Assembly (NCBI GenBank): GCA_040904565.1
Contig: JBBDTI010000094.1
Span: 1-64,000 of the forward strand
Reading direction: 5' to 3'
DNA length: 64,000 nt
DNA from: Rhodothermales bacterium
GTDB lineage: Bacteria; Bacteroidota; Rhodothermia; Rhodothermales; VXPQ01
Shown here piece by piece: positions 8,228-16,288 of the stretch (within the stretch, counting starts at the first letter, position 1; the number at the start of each line of letters is the position of its first letter). The notes beneath the pieces were generated by a model. It saw only the letters and a program-made list of their open reading frames with translations. It did not search any database and was not told the origin of the DNA. The position numbers and the translations under genes are program-made.

Positions 8228-10413
8228 GACTATCACGCATCGAGATTTCTGGCTTCCGGGGCGTTCGAGACGCCATTGACCTCCGTCTGCCTTCCGGCTT
8301 CACGGTCATTTCCGGGCGCAACGGCTCGGGGAAGAGCACCTTCTGCGACGCGATCGAGTACGTCTTCACTGGAGATATACGAAGAGAGTCGGACTACTCC
8401 GAAAATCAGGAGGGCTACGCTGACTACATCCGGTGGCAAGGCGAGGGAGCGCCGTCCGACGGCACATTTGTCCGGCTCTACGTCCGGGATGACGATAGAC
8501 GCGAGATCGTTCTAGAGCGTGAGTTTGAGAAGCCTCTCGTGGTGCGCCGGAGCGTTGGTGGAGACGGGGCACCGGACAATGAATTCGAAAGTGCAAGTGC
8601 AGAAGAGGAAGTTGTTTCTTGGCTGTGTGATCCCGGGCAGGCTCCTGACAGTCCTCTCCGCCGCTTGTGCGAGACCTCGATCATTCGCGACGAGCGTATT
8701 ACCGACCTTAGCGTGGAAGCTGGTGAAAGAGACCGGTACAAGTTCGTGCGGCGAGCTCTGGGTATGGACGTGTTTGCCGATTCCATGGAGCGCACCAAGA
8801 AAGTATGCGATAAACTAAAAGAGAAGGTCCGCGATCTGGAGCCGCGGTTGGAGAGGCATGAGATTGAGGTCAACAGGCTCCAGTCGGAAATTGACGCGGC
8901 TCGTGACGAAGCCGAAGACATCGAAAGCGTTGAGATATCGGTTGCGTTTGTAAAGGACCAACTTGCTAAAGCGGATCGACTGGACGCTGACGAGGAAATC
9001 AGCACGACCGAACTCGCTACACGGGCGCGAAAGCTGGTTATCGATCTCCGTGAACAGGCCAATGAACTTGCTCACGCGCTGAGCGACTTCAACGAGCTGC
9101 GTAACCGTATCGAGCGCTATCGGGAAGGGGGCGAGACCGCGCAGCGGCTGAAAAAGCTGTCGGGTGAGATCGAGGAATTACAAAGCCGAATTAAGCAGGT
9201 GGAAGCCCGCAAGAAGGCCCTGGAAGCCGAGCTGGAAGCTTTTCAGAAGCGACAGCCGGACTCAGCGAATTTGGCCGAGCTTCACCGTCTTGGGGAAGAG
9301 ATCGGGCTGACGGAAGTTGGCGAATGCCCGCTCTGTGGAGAGTCGCCCACGCCTGAGGAGTTTGAGGCCAGCCTACGACGACTCCGGAGTACCGTGGATG
9401 ACATCATCGATCGGATCGACAACCTGAACGGCCAAATCGATCAGCAAACAGAACAGCTCAACCCACTCCGTAGCCAGAAGGAAGAGCTTGTGAAGGAACG
9501 GGACGAGGTTCGCGATCAGCGAGCGACTCTCATCTCGCAACTGAACGCCGTCCGAGAACGCGCTGACGATGTGCTTGAAGACCGAAAGGAGGATGCTGGA
9601 CAGGTAGACGAAAAACCTGCCACGGACAACCAGAACGCTCAGCAAGAGGTCCCTGACCTAGATTCCGGCAAGCTAGAACGCGAAATTAACGAACGCAGGC
9701 GACTGCGGACCCAACTGGACGAAAAAGTGTCCGATGTCGAGGCGTCGCTGGCGCTTAAGAAAATTGAGAACCTCCAGGCTAGGCTCGACGAGGAACGACA
9801 GAAACGAGAGGAGACCCAGGAAGAGCTCAGGTACACGCGTGAGAGACACGAGCAGGCCGACAAGGTTCGGCAGCGCGTCAAGAGCGAAGCGGGACAGGTG
9901 CACAAGGACCGAATTCGCAAGCTGGCACCTCTCCTCACAGAACTATATTCGCGGCTACGACCGCACGTCGACTGGATGAACCTGGAGACGAAAGTTCGGG
10001 GAAATATCCAGCTGTATCTCCGGTTCGACGTAGATGGCAAAAACCCGAGTCTCTTCTTTAGCAGTGGCCAGCGGCGGGCCGTGGGACTGGCATTTCTCCT
10101 CGCGGTCCATCTAGGCTGCACGTGGAGCCGGTTTAATACGCTCATTCTCGACGATCCCGTTCAGCACATCGACGACTTCCGAGCGCTCCAACTGACCGAG
10201 CTATTGTCTGCAATTCGACGATCCGGCCGTCAAATAATCGTGACCATAGAGGACGAAGCCCTCGCGCGCCTTCTGCGCCGCCGCTTGCGCAGTAGCGATG
10301 CCGAGGAAGGCCAGCACGTCCAGATGGTGTACGACGCCAGGAGCGGTGCCCGGATCAGTAAGCAAACCGTGATCGGATCGATGCCGGAGCGAGTACTTGC
10401 AGGCGTGGGCTAA
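8224..10413 (+). CDS. SMC/Rad50-like ABC ATPase (Lamassu LmuB-like)
   Basis: Walker A GRNGSGKST, long coiled coils, central zinc-hook CPLCG, signature FSSGQ and Walker B LILDDPVQHID. Confidence 0.9.
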   Translation: MRLSRIEISGFRGVRDAIDLRLPSGFTVISGRNGSGKSTFCDAIEYVFTGDIRRESDYSENQEGYADYIRWQGEGAPSDGTFVRLYVRDDDRREIVLEREFEKPLVVRRSVGGDGAPDNEFESASAEEEVVSWLCDPGQAPDSPLRRLCETSIIRDERITDLSVEAGERDRYKFVRRALGMDVFADSMERTKKVCDKLKEKVRDLEPRLERHEIEVNRLQSEIDAARDEAEDIESVEISVAFVKDQLAKADRLDADEEISTTELATRARKLVIDLREQANELAHALSDFNELRNRIERYREGGETAQRLKKLSGEIEELQSRIKQVEARKKALEAELEAFQKRQPDSANLAELHRLGEEIGLTEVGECPLCGESPTPEEFEASLRRLRSTVDDIIDRIDNLNGQIDQQTEQLNPLRSQKEELVKERDEVRDQRATLISQLNAVRERADDVLEDRKEDAGQVDEKPATDNQNAQQEVPDLDSGKLEREINERRRLRTQLDEKVSDVEASLALKKIENLQARLDEERQKREETQEELRYTRERHEQADKVRQRVKSEAGQVHKDRIRKLAPLLTELYSRLRPHVDWMNLETKVRGNIQLYLRFDVDGKNPSLFFSSGQRRAVGLAFLLAVHLGCTWSRFNTLILDDPVQHIDDFRALQLTELLSAIRRSGRQIIVTIEDEALARLLRRRLRSSDAEEGQHVQMVYDARSGARISKQTVIGSMPERVLAGVG

Positions 10414-10645
10414 TTAGTCGATTCCTCGTGCGTATGACAAGTCAGACAGCCTATGTGGCAACTGTAGGCGCCGCATGCTCTCGGCCTCGATAATGAAAGA
10501 CACGCTGGCCTTAGTCAAGAAGACCTACACCGCGGAGATCGGCCCGAACGAGATCCCGATGGGCCACGTTTCAGCGTTCGAACTTTTCAGCCATGGCGAG
10601 ACCGACGCCCTCCCTCGGTTCCAGAAGTCGATCATGAAGGAATTG

Positions 10646-11674
10646 CTAGTCGGAAATGCCCGCGTCCTTTCGTAGCTGCTTCAAGCCGTCCGCGCCTAGC
10701 TCAGCCGCGAACTCTCTGATTTTTGAATTCGCGTGCTGATACGTGATCGGCTCGCCGTCGGCCTTTAGGAGCGCCTTGCTGCTCTTTTTCCACATAAGCT
10801 GTTCGAGATGATTATAAATTGCACTTCTGTTGGGCAAGCCTTTACGTTCCCCATTTCGGTGCCAACATTTACGTTTCGTCGACAGTAGGTGCAGTACAGC
10901 CGCCCTAAAGTCGTCTTCCCGCATTGTCGCCGGACGACCGCGGTCTTCATCCACTACGTCCTTCGCATCATCAAGCGACATTTCTTTGATTTGTCCGTAG
11001 ACCTCGAACTCGAACAATATTTTTTCGAGCGATCTCACGGACCTGGCAATCCACCCAAACGTGCGGGCAAGTGCGTGTGCACTGCTCTCTTCTTCCGAAA
11101 TACGCGCATCGATGCTCCTCAAGGCGTCGCCGATTGTGGCATCGGCAAAAAGAGGTACATAAAGCGAATCGAATCCAGCTTTACCGGGAATGATGTAGTC
11201 GCGGTTGTAATCAGATCCAGCCTCGGGTGGTAGCCCGAGCAGAGACCGCGTCTCTACGCAATCTGGCATGGCCTCTCCCATCCTGGCGTTCTCACCCAAC
11301 TTATCCCTCAATCTCGCGATATGATCTCTAAGCCGGCGTAATTCGTGGAGTCGCGACTTTCTCGTCTGCGTAGCTTCGGTGCTTGTCAGGGCGTAAGCGT
11401 CGTCGATCTCCTCGGCGACTGCGTCAAGATGTATCCGGAGCCTTTTCCGTAGCTGCAACAGGCTTTCGTAGTCATCCGGTAAGGCTCTTACATAGCGGTT
11501 ATAGCTATCCTGAAAAATCTTGTATAGCTGCTCCCACGCATCTTCCTCGATATCCGCAGCCTCAGCATCGTCGCAGAGCCAGAACCAATCTCCTAAACAG
11601 TGCGATGGCAGGTCATCGTCGACGACGACCGTCGTATATCGGCTGATGATTCTGGCGAATTTGCTAGCCTTCAT
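10646..11674 (-). CDS. Hypothetical protein, possible C-terminal helix-turn-helix
   Basis: 342-aa ORF whose start overlaps the integrase stop by 11 nt. No family recognised. Confidence 0.7.
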   Translation of the reverse strand: MKASKFARIISRYTTVVVDDDLPSHCLGDWFWLCDDAEAADIEEDAWEQLYKIFQDSYNRYVRALPDDYESLLQLRKRLRIHLDAVAEEIDDAYALTSTEATQTRKSRLHELRRLRDHIARLRDKLGENARMGEAMPDCVETRSLLGLPPEAGSDYNRDYIIPGKAGFDSLYVPLFADATIGDALRSIDARISEEESSAHALARTFGWIARSVRSLEKILFEFEVYGQIKEMSLDDAKDVVDEDRGRPATMREDDFRAAVLHLLSTKRKCWHRNGERKGLPNRSAIYNHLEQLMWKKSSKALLKADGEPITYQHANSKIREFAAELGADGLKQLRKDAGISD

Positions 11675-12866
11675 CGCTCCACATATCCTGGCTTAGGCGG
11701 TTTACGGCCTCCCGATCGAAGGACGAAAGGTATCGCTCGGTGATATTAAGGTTCGAGTGCCCGAGCGCCTTGCTAATCGCATAAAGATTTCCTGACTTCC
11801 GGCGCGCCAGGTCGGCAAACGAGTGCCGGGCGACGTGAAAGGAGACATCGTCCGGGTTAGTGATCTCCGCCGTAGCTGCCGCGATCTTGATGTTTTTATT
11901 GGCGACGGCGTTACGGCTGGATATGCGCCGGCGAAGCCGAATTGGGTCGCTGTCGTCCCCTTTCTGCAAGAACGGGAATAGAAAGGTACCGTCGCCACGG
12001 GACTTCCATTTGTCCAGAATCGCTAGCGCTTCCGCTGGGAGCGGAAACTCGACTCGCTGGCCCGTCTTCATCATCTGGTACCGCAGCGTGCCATCCGTCA
12101 CGTCCGCCCGCCGGAGCTGGCAAATATCGCCGAACCGCACGCCCGCACCATATACGGCGAAGATGAAAGCATCTCGGGCGAGATCGACTTCGTCGTCGAG
12201 AGCAGTAAGATCGACATTCCTGAGCGCGTCGAGCTCCTGCTTCCTGAGCCGACGCCTGTCCGGTGCCACCCGCTTGGGCAGTTCGTACGTCAGGAACGGG
12301 TCGTTGGCGACATCAAACACGCCGTCTTTGATGGCCTGCCGAACGACGCGGCGTAGACGGGCTAACTCTTTTCGGATCGTGTTCGGATTGTTCTTCCGCT
12401 TCTCCCTACAATGCCGTTCAAATCGGGCTAGAAGGGTGCCATCGAGCTCGGACCAATCGATGGCCTCACCCGCAACGGCTTGAAGCTTACCAAGGGTAAC
12501 TTTGTACTTCTTGTGCTCCCAGTACTTGCCCTGCGCGTCCAGTTTCTCAATAAACTCCTCGAAAAACGTTGTTAGGCTGCCCGTCTGTCCTTCAACTTTG
12601 GCCATAACTTCAGCTGCGGAATCCGCCCGTATGGCCGCCGCCTGGGCGTCGAGGCGCATCTCGGCTAAATCGTCGTTAAAGGAGCGGTAAAGCTCGTGCG
12701 AGCCCCGGACTTCCTGCTTGCGCTCATTCCAATACTTCGGCTCGATCCAGACGCCGGTTGACTTAAACCTCGTCTTCCGATTGGCGGTCACGCGCAGCCA
12801 AACGGGCACTTTCCCGTCTTTGCGCTTCTTACTCTTTCGAAGGACGAGCTTTACACTGGCGCCCAT
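11664..12866 (-). CDS. Tyrosine integrase with N-terminal arm-binding domain (Bacteroidota-type)
   Basis: N-terminus VKLVLRKSKKRKDGKVPVWLRVT...KSTG...W. Catalytic residues GVRFGD, K(TG), HVARHSFA and LGHSNLNITERY. Probable start is the ATG at 12866 rather than 12989. Confidence 0.95.
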   Translation of the reverse strand: MGASVKLVLRKSKKRKDGKVPVWLRVTANRKTRFKSTGVWIEPKYWNERKQEVRGSHELYRSFNDDLAEMRLDAQAAAIRADSAAEVMAKVEGQTGSLTTFFEEFIEKLDAQGKYWEHKKYKVTLGKLQAVAGEAIDWSELDGTLLARFERHCREKRKNNPNTIRKELARLRRVVRQAIKDGVFDVANDPFLTYELPKRVAPDRRRLRKQELDALRNVDLTALDDEVDLARDAFIFAVYGAGVRFGDICQLRRADVTDGTLRYQMMKTGQRVEFPLPAEALAILDKWKSRGDGTFLFPFLQKGDDSDPIRLRRRISSRNAVANKNIKIAAATAEITNPDDVSFHVARHSFADLARRKSGNLYAISKALGHSNLNITERYLSSFDREAVNRLSQDMWSDEG

Positions 12867-12896
12867 ACGGCGAACATCGGTTGGGGAATCGTTGCG

Positions 12897-13101
12897 GGTA
12901 CAACATAGGTATAACAATTTTTGATACGTACCGCAACGGCAACCCCCTTCAGGATCCACTTTTCTGTCTGGTACTCGAGTACGCGGCACCTAGTGTAACT
13001 CGCGCTTACAACCGATTACAGACGTTGCAATCCAGTACCGCCCACTATCATTTTCCTCGAGACCTTGGATTTTAGTGGCTTGATTCTGTTTAGGTACAAC
13101 A
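12897..13101 (+). repeat. Three GGTAYAACA direct repeats, putative integrase arm-type sites
   Basis: GGTACAACA at 12897-12905, GGTATAACA at 12908-12916 and GGTACAACA at 13093-13101, all between the integrase start and the att core. Confidence 0.5.
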
Positions 13102-13157
13102 AAAGCCCACTTGGCGCGCAACGCTCGGTGATTATTGACATGGAAGATGCTCAGTGA

Positions 13158-13178
13158 TCGACTCCTGCCGGGATCACC
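13158..13178 (+). other. att site: 3' fragment of a tRNA gene (probably a tRNA-Arg isoacceptor)
   Basis: TCGACTCCTGCCGGGATCACC looks like a T-loop/T-stem plus acceptor 3' strand. It matches the tRNA-Arg(TCT) in this window at 14 of 15 nt (TCGAGTCCTGCCGGG). No 5' tRNA half is present upstream. Confidence 0.7.
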
Positions 13179-13182
13179 TCAG

Positions 13183-13219
13183 AAAGCCCGATTGCGTCGA
13201 GTAGTCGGGCTTTTTCTTT
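13183..13219 (+). terminator. Rho-independent terminator after the tRNA fragment
   Basis: AAAGCCCGATTGC-GTCGA-GTAGTCGGGCTTT stem followed by TTCTTT. Confidence 0.8.
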
Positions 13220-13478
13220 GCCCTAGGTAAAGGCTGGGTTAAAGGTTTTTCCGAATCTCGGAAAGCCTCCAGAGTCGTCCTGCACGGACGGCGGTACTTT
13301 TTCGAATTAGTTCGGAGACTACGATGTATAGTCAATGTAACACCGAGTTGCCGCGGGATGTCCACGATGGGGCAAGCGTGCGGCCGGAAGTATCATATCC
13401 GACGGCGTTCAGAACCCATCTGCAGCGATCGGTGCGCCGAAGGCTACGCGGGCCGAAACCGACGCTCAGGTCATCGGC

Positions 13479-14272
13479 ATGTGGCTGAACGGCAAGAGCG
13501 CCAATACCGTCGAAGCGTACACACGTGACGTCAGCCGTTTCCTACGCCACACAGGCCGCTCGCTGAGCGATGTTCGGTTGGAGGATATCCAAGACTACGC
13601 CGCCAGTCTGGAGGGCTTAGCGGCCGACACACGAGCCAGAAAGCTCGCTGCGGTCAAATCGCTCGGCACGTTCGCCCACGAAATCGGATATTCCCGGTTC
13701 AATGCCCGGCGGGCGGTGAAGCTGCCGAACTCGAAGAACGAGCTCGCCGAACAAATCCCTACGGAGTCGTAGGTTCAAAACATCGTCGCGTGCGAGACGA
13801 ATGACCCCAACAGGGGGCTCCTGCGGCTCCTCTACGAAGCAGGCCTGCGCGTCTCCGAGATCTGCGGGCTCCGCTCGCGCGAAGCGCAGAAACGCGACGA
13901 TGCAGGTCAGATCACCGTCCACGGAAAGAGCGAGAAGACCCGGCATGTGCTGCTGTCGGCCGAAAGGTGGCGCGAACTCGTACAGCTGCGCGACGGTATG
14001 GGCGACGACGATCCTGTCTTCGAGAGCCGGAAGGGCGGTTGCCTGTCCCGCGTGCAGGTATGGAATATTGTGCGGAAGGGCGCCAGCCGCGCCGACATCG
14101 AACGGAACATCTCGCCGCATTGGATGCGTCACGCACATGCCTCGCACGCGCTCGACCGCGGCGCTCCCGTTCATCTGATTAAGGATACGCTCGGGCACGC
14201 CACGCTCGCGACGACGTCGCAGTATTCCATGCGAGGCCGGGGGATTCGAGTGCACGTTACCTTTCCGTTTAG
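13479..14272 (+). pseudogene. XerC/D-like tyrosine recombinase pseudogene
   Basis: SAM-like N-domain and catalytic GLRVSE, HGK, HWMRHAHA and LGH...Y all lie in one frame, broken by an in-frame TAG at 13770-13772. A 1-nt frameshift near 14226 separates the natural tail HARPGDSSARYLSV* (stop 14270-14272). Confidence 0.85.
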
Positions 14273-14297
14273 GATCCCACCTGTATCAGTAACACGA

Positions 14298-15632
14298 TCA
14301 TAGTTCTTTAAGCCGAGTAGAGAGGTCCCGCGGCGCGACAAACACGAACGAGCGACCGCTCCTGCCTTGATGCAGCAGTTGCCTTTCGACGAGGTCAAGC
14401 AGATCTGTCCGGGAAGTCTGGTAAGCTACCCGGTGACTCGTCTGGTGTGAACGAATGGTATACCGCATTCCTGGATGTTTCAATGCATGGCTTAGCAGAG
14501 CAAGCTGGCGATGATTAAGATCCGACGACTGACGAAGTAGCTCGGCCGTCTCGCGAATCTCTGCGATCTTCCGGACCAAATACGCCCGTAGCTCATCGAT
14601 CGCCCTGCAAATTACGCTTAGTTGTGAAAGGATGAAGTAGGTAAGATCGTTCTCGTCTGTTTCCGTATAGAGAAACGACCGCCCATACCTTGCGGGCGCC
14701 TTTTTAAGAATCGTCGAGATGGAGATGAACTCGAAGAGCCAGAAATCTTGCCTAAGCATCAGCCAGTAAAAAAGGGCTCGCGCTGTCCGGCCGTTACCGT
14801 CGACAAAGGGATGGTCGTAAGCAAGCCAGAAGTGCAAAATGGTCGCCTTCAAGACCGGATGCAGAAATACGCCGGTCTGGGCTTCGTTGGCGAAGTCGCA
14901 CATGCCGGCCATTCGCTCCGGGATCTCACTGGCTGGCGGTGGGGCATGCAGAAGCACGTTGTTCGTGTTATCGTAAACACCAATACCGTCACCTTCGCGT
15001 CGGAAGTAGTCGTCAGGTGTAGGCAACGTGCCGTCGGTGATCGTGCGATGTATGTGGACTACGAGCGCCGGAGAAAGCTCTTCGTCCTTTAGCTCTCCGA
15101 TCAGCTCCATCGCACGATAATTATTCAAAATCATTCGCTCACTCTTGTTCAGGGGTCGGCGCCCTGTCCGAATCATCTCCTTGGCGTCCTCTCTCGTTGA
15201 GACAGCGCCCTCAAGCTGACTGGATGTGATCGCTTCTTCAATTAGTGAGTTTTGAACGTACCGATCTCGGGTCTGCGGATTTGTTACGGGCTCGGGCAGA
15301 GAAATCTGCCCGCTTGCCTCTCGGTCGATCCGATGCAACATTTCAAGCGCCGGATCCGGGAGTGTATAATGGAAGTTTTGCCCCGACTTAGCCCTGAGCG
15401 GTACGTCTCGTCTAATTGACGATCGGGCCATTTTGATCGCCAACCAATACTCTTCCGAACTCAGGCCATCTGGCGGGGGCACACGTCTATGCGTATCCCA
15501 ATGCCTATATTTACCGCCAGGCGCGGGACCGATTTTCCGAGAGAACAGATCGCCGTAGAACTCCGGCCCTCGGGATTTCATGACCCTTTGCAGGAGTTCG
15601 CCGGTCGCCGGCGGCCTTTTTGGAATCCTCAT
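14298..15632 (-). CDS. Fic family protein (class II-like, C-terminal HTH)
   Basis: Canonical HPFVDGNGRTAR, N-terminal inhibitory-type motif SSQLEG and a C-terminal HTH-like segment. Confidence 0.95.
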   Translation of the reverse strand: MRIPKRPPATGELLQRVMKSRGPEFYGDLFSRKIGPAPGGKYRHWDTHRRVPPPDGLSSEEYWLAIKMARSSIRRDVPLRAKSGQNFHYTLPDPALEMLHRIDREASGQISLPEPVTNPQTRDRYVQNSLIEEAITSSQLEGAVSTREDAKEMIRTGRRPLNKSERMILNNYRAMELIGELKDEELSPALVVHIHRTITDGTLPTPDDYFRREGDGIGVYDNTNNVLLHAPPPASEIPERMAGMCDFANEAQTGVFLHPVLKATILHFWLAYDHPFVDGNGRTARALFYWLMLRQDFWLFEFISISTILKKAPARYGRSFLYTETDENDLTYFILSQLSVICRAIDELRAYLVRKIAEIRETAELLRQSSDLNHRQLALLSHALKHPGMRYTIRSHQTSHRVAYQTSRTDLLDLVERQLLHQGRSGRSFVFVAPRDLSTRLKEL

Positions 15633-16288
15633 CCCTTTCCGTCGAAGCTCGAACTACTAATCAACTACTAATTACCTGCAAGTTAGTAATTCCGCGGAGC
15701 AAATGGAAGGGAATTATAGTTGACGTTGTCCAGTAGAGAGGTGAATGTCTCGACTTCCTTGTTGGCAATCCTAACGCGGAGACGTGTCCGCGAACGCCTG
15801 CGACGGCGAGCTATTCGGTTCGTTGAGGACCACTGGTATTTGATAGAGGCCCTCGTTTCAGAACTTCTCGAACACAAGCGATTGACAGCAAATCATGCAT
15901 CACTATTCGCGAATGCTATGATAGCCGAGAGCCAGGGAGACCACGAAGATGCCGGACAGAGCCGGCGGGCGCTGCAGTAGCAGGTTTATGAACGGATGAA
16001 GTGAATTGGTAATCCATGCCTATTTCGAAGGGGTCAGTCCGACAAAACTTGTTGTCTCATGCAGGAGCGACTGACCAGCCGATTCGACGTTGCTGTGAGC
16101 GAAAACGGCGAGATCATAGTCGAGGGCAGGCACCGTACAGAGCTCGTCATCCTAATCCGGTCAGGATCATGGAATAAGCACACGAGCTCCTATATAAGCG
16201 AGAGGGCATTCTTCGTCATGGAGGGGTCCATGTTCTCGACATCATCCTCGACGAGCCTCGCATCGCACGTCGTCCGCCCGAAAGCCCC

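Larger units (their letters stand above)
1..13178. mobile_element. Integrative defence island, right-hand part (left end outside window)
   Basis: Defence genes and a tyrosine integrase end at a tRNA 3'-end-like sequence (13158-13178) that is followed by a terminator. Confidence 0.7.

Noticed and set aside
8224-10413. Housekeeping SbcC/RecN/SMC or Wadjet JetC call
   Set aside because: No SbcD/Mre11, ScpAB or JetABD partners, and the gene is coupled to a Sir2 effector inside an island.
10475-10675. 66-aa ORF after the ATPase
   Set aside because: No recognisable motif or RBS, and it overlaps the convergent gene end.
13770-13772. Programmed amber read-through (pyrrolysine or alternative code)
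   Set aside because: TAG terminates many core genes here (dnaN, tsf, frr, rpmG), and the gene carries a second lesion.
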